Shown piece after piece: positions 29,964 through 38,155 of a stretch of DNA of 64,000 nucleotides; the stretch's first letter is position 1; every line of letters starts with the position of its first letter. The translations under genes were made by a program, and so were the position numbers. The DNA is taken from the NCBI GenBank assembly GCA_965213705.1, contig OZ243913.1, positions 3,968,001 to 4,032,000 of the forward strand, given 5' to 3'. The notes beneath the pieces are model-generated. The model was not told the DNA's origin, searched no databases, and was given only the letters and a program-made list of their open reading frames with translations. The stretch is from Trueperaceae bacterium (GTDB lineage Bacteria > Deinococcota > Deinococci > Deinococcales > Trueperaceae).

Positions 29964-30110
29964 ATGCTTTGCGGTCCAACACCGGCCAATTCGCCCACTA
30001 CCGTTTTTGAAGACGCGAAGCTCGTCTTTTGCGAGGGGCTGCCGCGAGCAGAGTTGCCACGAGCACAGTTGCCACAAGCACAGTTGCCACGAACGAGTAG
30101 ACGCCGGTGA
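29964..30110 (+). CDS. 48-aa leaderless uORF with pentapeptide repeats; stop overlaps the GGDEF start
   Basis: TATAGT 6 nt before the ATG; MLCGPTPANSPTTVFEDAKLVFCEGLPRAELPRAQLPQAQLPRTSRRR; GTGA overlap. Confidence 0.5.
   Translation: MLCGPTPANSPTTVFEDAKLVFCEGLPRAELPRAQLPQAQLPRTSRRR
30046..30090 (+). repeat. 3 x 15-bp tandem repeat
   Basis: gagcagagttgccac gagcacagttgccac aagcacagttgccac. Confidence 0.9.
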
Positions 30111-31828
30111 GGACCGCCGACATCAAACAGGCCGCAGGGCAGCCGCAAGAACGGAGTGGGCTCAACCGGCACGTGCGCGACCTGCTCGAGACCGACCTGG
30201 AGTTGGCCGCAACAATGGTTCAAGAACTGCTCGAGCACCTGCCCGAGGCCGACCTGTACAACCGCGCCCAGGCACTCCGGACCTTGGGCGTCGTCCAGGT
30301 CAAAGCAGGCAACTACACCGCCGCTCAAAAAACCTTGCGGCAAGCCCTGAGCTTGAGCCAGGCCGCCTACGACCCCGCAACGCAAGCCGATATTTACACG
30401 CACCTGTCGTCAAGCGCTTACTTTTTGAACGACTTCGAGGCGGCGCTGTCTCACGCTATCAAGGGATTAGAAGCCAGCCGCGAAGCCGGCTCTAAACTCA
30501 ACGAGGCTTTTGCGCTTCACAACATCGGCTGGGTGTACGACAACTTCGGGCTGCACAAAGACGCGCTCGACAGTTTTAGCGCCGAACTCGCTATTTTAGA
30601 AGAGCACGGCGTCGGCGGCACTCGCAAAGCGCGCGTTCTGAACGCGGTCGGCATGGGTTACAGGCGTTTGGGCGACCACGGCCGGGCGACGACCTACCTG
30701 GAGTCGTCGCTGGCGCTGGCACACCAACTCGGCGACCTGCGCTCGCAAGCGCTGGCGCTTGGCAACTTGGGTGTGGTGAGAGAGGACTTGGAACAACCCG
30801 AGGCGGCGCTGCGTTACTACGAAGACAGCATCACCTTGTACCTGAGCGCCGACGACCCTTACGAGCTGGCGCGGCAGTACACCCACATGGGTAAAACTTT
30901 GTTGGGTTTGGCGCTTGACGGCGAAGCCAGGAGCGCCTTTACGCAAAGCCTGGTCCACTTGCAGCGCGCGCCCAACGTGTCCTTAAAAATCGACGTGCTG
31001 CTGAACCTGAGCGAACTCGCCAAACGCCAGGGCGAGGCTCAGTCCGAGCTGGAACGCCTGAACAACGCCTTGCAACTGGTCGACCAAGAAATGGCCCCCG
31101 CCGACGCCTACCGCGTCCACAAAGCGCTCGCGGACCTTTACAAAGCGCGCGGCGAGGCGGAACGAGCCCTCGAGCATTTCGAGACGTTTCACGGTTTGCA
31201 AGAGCGGGTGCGGCGCGAGGCCGAGCTGCGTAAAACCAAGGGTTTGCTGCTCCAGTTCGACGTCGAACGTTTGGAGTTCGAGCGGGAAATGTACCGTTTG
31301 AAACACGTCGAACTGGCACGGGCCTACGCGCAGCTCGAAGAAGTGAGCGTCCGCGACCCGCTGACCAACCTGCACAACCGCCGGTTCTTGGCCCAACAAC
31401 TCGCGCAAGAGGTCGAGCGGGCCAAACGCTACGACAGGCCGCTGAGCCTTATGCTTTGCGACATCGACAACTTTAAGCAAGTCAACGACACCTTTTCACA
31501 CGCCGTCGGTGACGAGGTCTTGAAAGCTGTTGCCGACCTGCTGAAAAGCCGCACGCGCACTTCCGACCTCAAAGCCAGGTTCGGCGGCGAAGAACTCGTC
31601 GCCGTCTTCCCAGAAACCTCGCTCCAAGACGCCGTGTCGCTGTGCGAGGCAATGCGCCGCGCCGCCGAGAGCTACGACTGGGCGGGGCTGCACCCCGACT
31701 TGCGCGTCACTTTGAGCGTAGGCGTCGCCCAACTGCGCCCCGAAGACACCCCGGACAGTCTGCTGCGCGTCGCCGACGACCGCATGTACGAAGCTAAAAA
31801 AGCGGGCAAAAACAGGGTGTGCCGCTAG
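30107..31828 (+). CDS. TPR-repeat diguanylate cyclase
   Basis: TPR-like helical repeats; DPLT, DIDNFK, RTSD I-site, RFGGEEL. Confidence 0.92.
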   Translation: MRTADIKQAAGQPQERSGLNRHVRDLLETDLELAATMVQELLEHLPEADLYNRAQALRTLGVVQVKAGNYTAAQKTLRQALSLSQAAYDPATQADIYTHLSSSAYFLNDFEAALSHAIKGLEASREAGSKLNEAFALHNIGWVYDNFGLHKDALDSFSAELAILEEHGVGGTRKARVLNAVGMGYRRLGDHGRATTYLESSLALAHQLGDLRSQALALGNLGVVREDLEQPEAALRYYEDSITLYLSADDPYELARQYTHMGKTLLGLALDGEARSAFTQSLVHLQRAPNVSLKIDVLLNLSELAKRQGEAQSELERLNNALQLVDQEMAPADAYRVHKALADLYKARGEAERALEHFETFHGLQERVRREAELRKTKGLLLQFDVERLEFEREMYRLKHVELARAYAQLEEVSVRDPLTNLHNRRFLAQQLAQEVERAKRYDRPLSLMLCDIDNFKQVNDTFSHAVGDEVLKAVADLLKSRTRTSDLKARFGGEELVAVFPETSLQDAVSLCEAMRRAAESYDWAGLHPDLRVTLSVGVAQLRPEDTPDSLLRVADDRMYEAKKAGKNRVCR

Positions 31829-31906
31829 ACCCCGTGTAAGAATTTTGTAAGAACTCTTTGTTACCCTTTTCACACAACACCGTGAGAGGTGGAGAGGGTG
31901 ACGCAG

Positions 31907-32155
31907 ATGCAACAAACCTACCGAGCAGTTTCCACTTTACCCGAGCGCTTTTCGCTCGTGCCGACCGGCAGCGGCGCGCTGCGAGTGATGCACGCGGCGC
32001 AGTGCGTGGGCTACCTGTGGGTTGAGGGCGACAAGTGGCGGGCGCGCGACGACGTGGGCGCACCCTTGGACGGGGTCGCGAACGACAGCGTTCACGGCGT
32101 CCTGGCGGCCCTCTTCGCCGCGCGGCGCGAGCAGGTCTTTTTGACGGCTTTGTAG
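31907..32155 (+). CDS. Small hypothetical protein
   Basis: 82-aa ORF after a purine-rich SD. Confidence 0.55.
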   Translation: MQQTYRAVSTLPERFSLVPTGSGALRVMHAAQCVGYLWVEGDKWRARDDVGAPLDGVANDSVHGVLAALFAARREQVFLTAL

Positions 32156-32215
32156 CGGACGAACAAGTACTTTTCTGGCAAGGACTTTGCCGGCGCTCCG
32201 TGGTAAAACAGGGCC

Positions 32216-33022
32216 ATGACGAACATCCGAGACCTTACCCACGACCTGCTGACAACTAAGGGCGTAGGGCAACCGCTCCCTTCCGCCGCCCCCGACTTCG
32301 ACCTCGGGGCAAGTTACCAAGTCGCCCACGGCCTCTACCAAGCCCAAGTGAACCAGGGGAAAAAGCTCGTCGGCCGCAAAATCGGTATCAGCAACCGCGC
32401 GGCCTGGGCCAAGCTGGGTTTGAGCGACGTGGTGTGGGGTTACGTCTTCGACGACACGGTCTTTTACGCCGAGGACAACCGCTACACCCTGTCCCTGGAG
32501 AGCCTGCACGCGCCCAAGCTCGAGCCCGAAATCGTCTTCGGCTTGAAAAACGCACTGCCGACGGGCACCCGCGACCCAGTTGAACTTTTACAAGCGGTCG
32601 AGTGGCTGGCGCTCGGCTTCGAGGTCGTACAGAACCCTTACCCGGACTGGCAGTTCAAACCCGCCGACTTGGTCGCCACCTTCGGGTTTCACGGGGCGCT
32701 CGTGGTGGGGCATAAGGTGGGGCTCGAGGGCATGAGCCTGTCCCGTTTGGCCGGCACCCTCGCCGAAACTGTGGCGACGCTGTACAAAGATGACGAGGTC
32801 GCGGCCGAGGGCGGCGGTAAAAACGTGATGGACAGCCCGGCGGTGGCGCTGGGACACATCGCCGACTTGATAGCTGCCGACCCCGACGCGGCACCGTTGC
32901 AAGCGGGCGAGTTCGTCACCACCGGCACGCTCACCAACGCACCTGCGGTCGCTGCGGATGAAACGTACCGGGTCGAGGTTACGGGCTTGGACTTGTCACC
33001 GCTGACGCTGACTTTTTCTTAG
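32216..33022 (+). CDS. 2-keto-4-pentenoate hydratase / FAH family
   Basis: GRKIGIS, EPEIVF, GGGKNVMDSP, TTGTLT. Confidence 0.88.
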   Translation: MTNIRDLTHDLLTTKGVGQPLPSAAPDFDLGASYQVAHGLYQAQVNQGKKLVGRKIGISNRAAWAKLGLSDVVWGYVFDDTVFYAEDNRYTLSLESLHAPKLEPEIVFGLKNALPTGTRDPVELLQAVEWLALGFEVVQNPYPDWQFKPADLVATFGFHGALVVGHKVGLEGMSLSRLAGTLAETVATLYKDDEVAAEGGGKNVMDSPAVALGHIADLIAADPDAAPLQAGEFVTTGTLTNAPAVAADETYRVEVTGLDLSPLTLTFS

Positions 33023-33231
33023 AGCGTGTTATGAACTAGCCGGAAGCGCCAAAAAGGAGTAAGCCGCTTGAGCATGAGGAACGCCAAGAAATGCAGGCCA
33101 GCAAGCGTTTCAGGTTGTCTTTCATAGTCACGCGCCAAACGTCTAAGCCGAGCCGTCCTGGCAAACGAACGCTCCACCGCCCATTTTCTGGGCAGCAAGA
33201 CAAAGCCTTCTTGGCTTTCATAACACGCTCT
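33021..33231 (-). mobile_element. IS5-family internal-deletion derivative (MITE) with both TIRs
   Basis: Perfect 15-bp TIRs AGAGCGTGTTATGAA/TTCATAACACGCTCT; interior encodes the transposase C-terminus GFVLLPRKWAVERSF...RRLARDYERQPETLAGLHFLAF...VHNTL*. Confidence 0.9.
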
Positions 33232-33279
33232 CGCAAGATGAGGGTGAATAGTAGGTGTCGGTTCATATTTGATGTCTGG

Positions 33280-34110
33280 TTAAAGCTCTTCGAGAAGTTC
33301 TAAAAGCTTGTACTTGTGCTCCTCTTGTGCCAAATTGAGCACACGTTCGAGGGCAGGGTCAGAAAAGTCTAACCACCAGCTATCAAAAGCACTTTGCATT
33401 TCCATTTCGTACCAACTCTGGTCTTCATTGCCTAAGCCCGCCGTATCAGATAGCCAGACAACAGGGCCATCAAGCTTACGCAGGTAGTACAAACTGTCTG
33501 TGAGAGATGTCAATCTTTTTACAAGGTTGAACCTCTCACAGAGTTCTGAACCGAAAATCATGGTGTTGGCATAATTGCGCCAAGGTTCCGCAATATTTCC
33601 AAAGTGGGCTCTATCCCAGTCAATTTGGTTTGCCGATGAACTCCAGGCAAACGTGGGCTGAAGTATTTCCACGACTTTCTCAAGCAGAAATCTAGTCGGA
33701 AGGTGGTTGTTTGTGGTTGAGTTGTTAAAAGGAAAATTGAGGGTAAGCAGAGCATCTTTTTTAACCTCACCATATACTCCTTGGTTATTCCTTAAACCTA
33801 TGTAGAGGTGTTGGTACCCTCTGCTAGGCAGGTAGACTTCTGGCACCTCACCCAGCTGAATTTCGACTCCAGTAGCAACTACACCGTCTGTATCTTTTTT
33901 GGGCGGGGAATCAATAAATCCATTCTTTTCAATTTCACTGTAGATCTGATTCACATAATTTTGGTCTCCGACAAGAACTTTGTACTTCCAACTGGGAATG
34001 TGACAGTCAGGGTAGCGTTTCTTTTCTAGCTTTGGAGATATGAGCTGTTGCATGCGTGCCGCGAAGTCATTTCGCGGCACGAGCATAATGAGTGTATGTG
34101 TTATCGACAT
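33280..34110 (-). CDS. AT-rich orphan protein (possibly a toxin-immunity type)
   Basis: 276-aa intact ORF, visibly lower GC than the flanks, no motif recognised. Confidence 0.7.
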   Translation of the reverse strand: MSITHTLIMLVPRNDFAARMQQLISPKLEKKRYPDCHIPSWKYKVLVGDQNYVNQIYSEIEKNGFIDSPPKKDTDGVVATGVEIQLGEVPEVYLPSRGYQHLYIGLRNNQGVYGEVKKDALLTLNFPFNNSTTNNHLPTRFLLEKVVEILQPTFAWSSSANQIDWDRAHFGNIAEPWRNYANTMIFGSELCERFNLVKRLTSLTDSLYYLRKLDGPVVWLSDTAGLGNEDQSWYEMEMQSAFDSWWLDFSDPALERVLNLAQEEHKYKLLELLEEL

Positions 34111-34119
34111 TACACCAAC

Positions 34120-34499
34120 CTATAATGGATTCCCACCGAAATCCAAAACCTCTATACAAACATCGCCCTCACATTTTTTTGAGAAAGTTAAGTCTTGAAC
34201 ACTGCTGCAAACCATCGTCACGTTTTCTTCTAAGCCGTGACGCGCGACAGCTTCACGAGCTTTAGCCAGCATATCTTGCGAGGAGTCGGCCAAAAGAACT
34301 CTGTGTCTAAGCTGAGCAAGCCGGATTGACAGGTGTTCTATGCCGCCCATACCAAGAATGTCCAGCGACTCGGTTTCGAGTTCAAGATGATTTGACAGAG
34401 GTCTTCCCATAAAACGTTCAACCGTATGTAACCTTTCGACGTTCCGTAAACTTCGCCTTCAAAGTCTTCAGCTATACCGTCGAAATGAATATCTGTCAC
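34120..34499 (-). pseudogene. CmoM/SmtA-like SAM methyltransferase remnant, frameshifted and truncated
   Basis: GTG 34499 gives TDIHFDGIAEDFEGEVYGTSKGYIRLNVLWEDL, resembling the CmoM N-terminus; continues in another frame HRVLLADSSQDMLAKAREA...SSVQDL. Confidence 0.7.
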
Positions 34500-34549
34500 G
34501 AGCGCCCTTTCACTCTCTACAAGGCTGAAAAAGTGACTAAACTCGTTGT

Positions 34550-35830
34550 TTACGGCTGTAATCTGCTCCCGTCCCGCGGAAAGGCTCGAGCAAACCTCAC
34601 GTTGGAAATCCCCAACAGCAGCGCCGTAAGCCGCTCCGCGCCGATGGCGAAGCCGCCGTGGGGCGGCATCCCGTGTTTGAACACCTGCAAGTAGCCCGCA
34701 AACGCCTCGGGGTTCATGTTGCGCTTTTTCAACTCCTCGACGAGCATAGCGTACTCGTTCACCCGCTGCCCGCCCGAGGTGATTTCGACGCCCCGAAAAA
34801 TCAGGTCGAGGCCGCGGGTGAGGCCGTTCTCGAGCGGATACGTGTAAAAGGGCCGCGCCGCCTGCGGGTAATGCGTGACGAACACGAAGTCGCTGCCGTA
34901 CTCCTCCAAAGCCCAGCGGCTGATTAAGCGCTCGGCCTCGGGGTCCAAGTCTTTGCCGCCCGAGGCGTGACCGTAGCGTTCCTTGACGATTTCGCGCGCC
35001 TCGATCAGCGGTACCCGCGGGAAGGCCACGTCAAGGTTGGGGATTTTTGCGTTCAGCAGCTCGAGCTGCGCCGCGCAGGTCTCCCCCACCTCTGCCATGA
35101 TGTTTTTAATCAGCGCTTCTTCCAAGTCCATCACGTCGCCGTCATCCTCGATAAAGCCCAGCTCCACGTCGAGCGACAGGTATTCGGCGAGGTGGCGGCT
35201 CGTGTTGGACAGCTCGGCGCGGTAGACCGGGGCTACTTCAAACACGCGCTCGAACACGCCGACCATGATTTGCTTGTAGAGTTGCGGCGACTGCGCCAGG
35301 TACGCGCGCCTGCCGTAATAGTCGACCTCGAACAAATTAGCGCCGCCCTCCGCGCCCGCCGCGACGAGCTTGGGCGTGAAGATTTCGGTGAAGTCCTGCG
35401 CGTTCAAGTAAGCGCGGAACGCCCGTACTAGTTCGGCCTGCACCTTCAGCGTCGCCTTGGCCTTGAGGCCGCGCACCGAGACGTGGCGGTACTCGAGCAA
35501 GGTTTCCGGGTTGGCCTGCCAGTCCTCTTTGGGCAATTCAATGGGGGTGGGCTCGGTGGCTTCGCTAAGGGTCTCGAGCGTGTGCGCCTGCACCTCCAGA
35601 CCGCCCGGCGCTTTTTTGTTTTCGACCACTTTGCCGGTCACACGCACGCTGCTTTCGGCGAGCGGGATGCTCGTGTTTTCGAAAACGCACTGCACCGTGC
35701 CGCTGCGGTCGCGCAGGATTAAAAAGCTGACGCCGCCCAGGTCGCGGCGGTTGTGAACCCAACCCTGCAGGGTGACTTCTTTGCCTACGTGAGCGGGCAG
35801 AGTCGAGACGAGCGTTCGCGTTTCTGTCAT
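34550..35830 (-). CDS. aspS: Non-discriminating (archaeal-type) aspartyl-tRNA synthetase
   Basis: 426 aa with no GAD insertion; GWVHNRRDLGG, AEGGA, LAQSPQLYKQ, ITSGGQR, PPHGGFAIGAER, FPRD. Confidence 0.93.
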   Translation of the reverse strand: MTETRTLVSTLPAHVGKEVTLQGWVHNRRDLGGVSFLILRDRSGTVQCVFENTSIPLAESSVRVTGKVVENKKAPGGLEVQAHTLETLSEATEPTPIELPKEDWQANPETLLEYRHVSVRGLKAKATLKVQAELVRAFRAYLNAQDFTEIFTPKLVAAGAEGGANLFEVDYYGRRAYLAQSPQLYKQIMVGVFERVFEVAPVYRAELSNTSRHLAEYLSLDVELGFIEDDGDVMDLEEALIKNIMAEVGETCAAQLELLNAKIPNLDVAFPRVPLIEAREIVKERYGHASGGKDLDPEAERLISRWALEEYGSDFVFVTHYPQAARPFYTYPLENGLTRGLDLIFRGVEITSGGQRVNEYAMLVEELKKRNMNPEAFAGYLQVFKHGMPPHGGFAIGAERLTALLLGISNVRFARAFPRDGSRLQP

Positions 35831-35854
35831 AAGTTTCCCTTCGAGCCGCGCCCC

Positions 35855-35886
35855 AAACAAAAACCCCGAGGCTCTAGCCTCGGGGT
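35855..35886 (-). terminator. Attenuator terminator upstream of aspS
   Basis: ACCCCGAGGC-UAGA-GCCUCGGGGU followed by UUUUGUUU. Confidence 0.85.
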
Positions 35887-35907
35887 GAACGGCGGTGACC
35901 GACGCTT

Positions 35908-35964
35908 TTACGCCCCGAGACCTCCGCCGAAATTATCGTCGCTGTAGTTGAAGCGCGTCGTCAT
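35908..35964 (-). CDS. Leader peptide MTTRFNYSDDNFGGGLGA
   Basis: 18 codons with N6, D9, D10, N11; 3' end carries the antiterminator strand. Confidence 0.75.
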   Translation of the reverse strand: MTTRFNYSDDNFGGGLGA

Positions 35965-35972
35965 CGCCGGGT

Positions 35973-36001
35973 ATCGTAGCAGGGGGGCTGTAGCGTGTCA
36001 A
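35973..36001 (-). promoter_or_regulatory. Sigma70 promoter of the leader-aspS transcript
   Basis: TTGACA (36001-35996)-17 nt-TACGAT (35978-35973) with extended TG. Confidence 0.85.
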
Positions 36002-36022
36002 CAGCGGCGGGCTCGAGCCGCC

Positions 36023-36370
36023 TCAACCCCTGAGCTGTTCCAGGGTGATGCCCAAGGCGTTGGCGACCTTCTCGAGCGTAGCTTTGCGGGGCCGCTTGGC
36101 GGCTTCGGTTTGTGAAAGGGACGCCTGTGAAACGCCCATGCGGGCGGCGACTTCTTCTTGAGAGAGGTTCAGGTACTCGCGCCAGGCTTTTACCATCGAC
36201 ACCTCTTCACCGATGGAACGCTTGACCACTTCCCAAGGTATGTAGGGGTCTTCGGGTATTCGGGAGTTGCCAAGTAACTGTGGCGCGTGTTCGCGCAGAA
36301 CGTCGGTAGGAACGAGTGCGTAGTTACGGCCTTCTATAGTGAGCGTTTGAACTTCAGTAGGTGTGGTCAT
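36023..36370 (-). CDS. HigA-like XRE antitoxin
   Basis: AWREYLNLSQEEVAARMGVSQASLSQ HTH; downstream of the toxin. Confidence 0.88.
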   Translation of the reverse strand: MTTPTEVQTLTIEGRNYALVPTDVLREHAPQLLGNSRIPEDPYIPWEVVKRSIGEEVSMVKAWREYLNLSQEEVAARMGVSQASLSQTEAAKRPRKATLEKVANALGITLEQLRG

Positions 36371-36617
36371 CTCGCCTTTCAACCTCCTCAATAAAAATAA
36401 CTCTAACGTCTTTGCCCACGTCGAAAAAGACGCGAAACCTGCCGACGCGTAAGCGGTAACCGTAGGTATGACGGGTGAGCGCTTTGACCCCCGTGACCTC
36501 GGGCCAGTTGGCAAGCGCACCGATAGCATCTTCCAATGCCTGATAGTCGCGACGATATTTCTTAGCAAGCTTGCGAAGTTGTCTCGCAGCTTTTGCCTGT
36601 ACCCTCACCGAATACAC
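36354..36617 (-). CDS. RelE/HigB family toxin
   Basis: VKAL...YRLRVGRFRVFF...EEVERRDDHTY; leaderless TATAGT-6-GTG. Confidence 0.88.
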   Translation of the reverse strand: MYSVRVQAKAARQLRKLAKKYRRDYQALEDAIGALANWPEVTGVKALTRHTYGYRLRVGRFRVFFDVGKDVRVIFIEEVERRDDHTY

Positions 36618-36625
36618 AACTGTAC

Positions 36626-36645
36626 TATAAGCTTTCTATAAGCTT
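36626..36645. promoter_or_regulatory. Probable TA operator
   Basis: TATAAGCTT repeated twice with 11-bp spacing over the -10 region. Confidence 0.55.
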
Positions 36646-36790
36646 GTATCACTATCAAAAACACTTTTGATGAGCGAGAACTAGCCGCCTTACACCGCCC
36701 GCTCGTTCCGCTCGGGCTCGAGCCTACACACTAACAGGTTGAGTAGCGCCTAAACCTTAAAAGCCCTATGATAAAAGTACGCGTGACGAA

Positions 36791-36975
36791 ATGCTCGACA
36801 GAATTACCCTCGACCTTGCCGTCTGCCACGGTTAAGCCCTGCGCGGTTTGCGTTATCCCGTCGAGACCCTGCTCGAGCTGCTAGGGAGCGGTATTTTTTT
36901 GACGAAATCTTGGCAGATTATAAAGACTCAGAACGCGAAGACGTAAAGGCGGCTTTGACTTATGCTGCTCGCTAA
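36791..36975 (+). pseudogene. DUF433 antitoxin-like pseudogene
   Basis: MLDRITLDLAVCHG*ALRGLRYPVETLLELLGSG, frameshift, DEILADY...[14 protein letters not shown]. Confidence 0.8.
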
Positions 36976-37379
36976 CGTAGGTAGCCCTCGAGCCTCCGAA
37001 CATGCTCCACGTCCTTGGGCCTGTTGAGCTTCCGTTTGAACGCCAACACGTCGTGCAAACTAGCAAAAGGCAAACCGTTTATCAGCACGGCCCGGTCGAT
37101 AATCGCGTCTGTGTCCATGTCCAGCCAGCCGTCGAAAACGTCCACGCCGTCCGCTAAGCGAATTATCCTATCGCCGTCGGGAGCCGTTTCTAAACTGCCG
37201 AGCGTAGTTGCCTTGAGCCAGGCCGCGCCTCGAGCCAGCAGGTCAACGTCGCCGACGTGCTCGACGAGTCCGTGCGCCAACAACGGGCCGCTGCCGAAGA
37301 CGGCGTAGTCCTGCGGAGGCAGACACAGCGCTGAGACTCGAGCTTTAAGTTCGGTAAGTGTTAGGCTAATTTGTGACAA
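36972..37379 (-). CDS. Hypothetical protein with a nucleotidyltransferase-like motif
   Basis: YAVFGSGPL...GDVDLL...RPKD; start codon uncertain. Confidence 0.65.
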   Translation of the reverse strand: MSQISLTLTELKARVSALCLPPQDYAVFGSGPLLAHGLVEHVGDVDLLARGAAWLKATTLGSLETAPDGDRIIRLADGVDVFDGWLDMDTDAIIDRAVLINGLPFASLHDVLAFKRKLNRPKDVEHVRRLEGYLR

Positions 37380-37689
37380 CCGCCGTCCCGTTCGCGGTGA
37401 CCAGGAGCATACTGCCCGAGTCGCCGAAGGTGATGTTCTCATAGTCGAGGTCTACACCGACGATGGCGTTGGCCCCGAGCTTTTCAGCCGCCTCTTGCAT
37501 TTCGCGGAGCGCTATTTCTTTGGCCTCGCGCAGCGCCTGTTCGTAAGCGCCGCTGCGCCCGCCGACGATGTTGCGGATGTTGGCGAAAAAGTCGCGGAAG
37601 ACGTTCGCGCCCAAAATCGCCTCGCCCGAGACGATGCCTTTAGACTCCCGAATCTCCTTGCCCTGCACGACCGAGGTGGTAACCAACAT
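37366..37689 (-). CDS. YbjQ/UPF0145 family protein
   Basis: [10 protein letters not shown]...GGRSGAYE...[13 protein letters not shown]...GTAV; GGAGG SD. Confidence 0.92.
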   Translation of the reverse strand: MLVTTSVVQGKEIRESKGIVSGEAILGANVFRDFFANIRNIVGGRSGAYEQALREAKEIALREMQEAAEKLGANAIVGVDLDYENITFGDSGSMLLVTANGTAVVTN

Positions 37690-37720
37690 AAAACCTCCGG
37701 CTGCAAGCATAGCAAAGGCT

Positions 37721-37978
37721 TCAAGCAGCTTCGGCAAGGCCGAAAAACTCGGCGTAACTTGTATCCGAACCGAGCTGCGCAAACGGTAAGGTTTTACCCT
37801 CCTCGCTTTTCACCCGCCGGAAGTGGGTGCCGTGTTTGGGTTTGCGGTGGTATTCCAAAATTCTCACGCGCTCGCCGCCGACGGGTTTTAAAACAGAACG
37901 CACCGTCGTTCCCAAGCTCGTCGTCTTTTCGAAGACGACGCCGGTCTCTTGAAGGTCAAAGTTACTTGATTTGGTCAC
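37721..37978 (-). CDS. Hypothetical protein, probably leaderless
   Basis: TACACT 5 nt before GTG 37978; 85-aa ORF with host-like codons. Confidence 0.55.
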   Translation of the reverse strand: MTKSSNFDLQETGVVFEKTTSLGTTVRSVLKPVGGERVRILEYHRKPKHGTHFRRVKSEEGKTLPFAQLGSDTSYAEFFGLAEAA

Positions 37979-38155
37979 GAGATAGTGTACCTTATTATTT
38001 AAGGTAGCAACAGGAGCCGTGACGAACGAGGCTTCGGAGGTGAACGGACTAGGTAGGGAAGCACTCGAGAGTGAGCCGGCAAGGCGATTTTCGGGCGCGG
38101 GTGCCTCTGGTACGAAGGCTATACTGGGGTTAGCAAGTGACCCAAGGAGACACGT

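Noticed and set aside
30046..30090. Possible CRISPR array
   Set aside because: 15-bp units are contiguous with no spacers, and there are no cas genes in the window.
35831..36001. T-box riboswitch upstream of aspS
   Set aside because: The leader is only ~135 nt, with no recognisable stem I or T-box consensus; the uORF attenuator explains the structure better.
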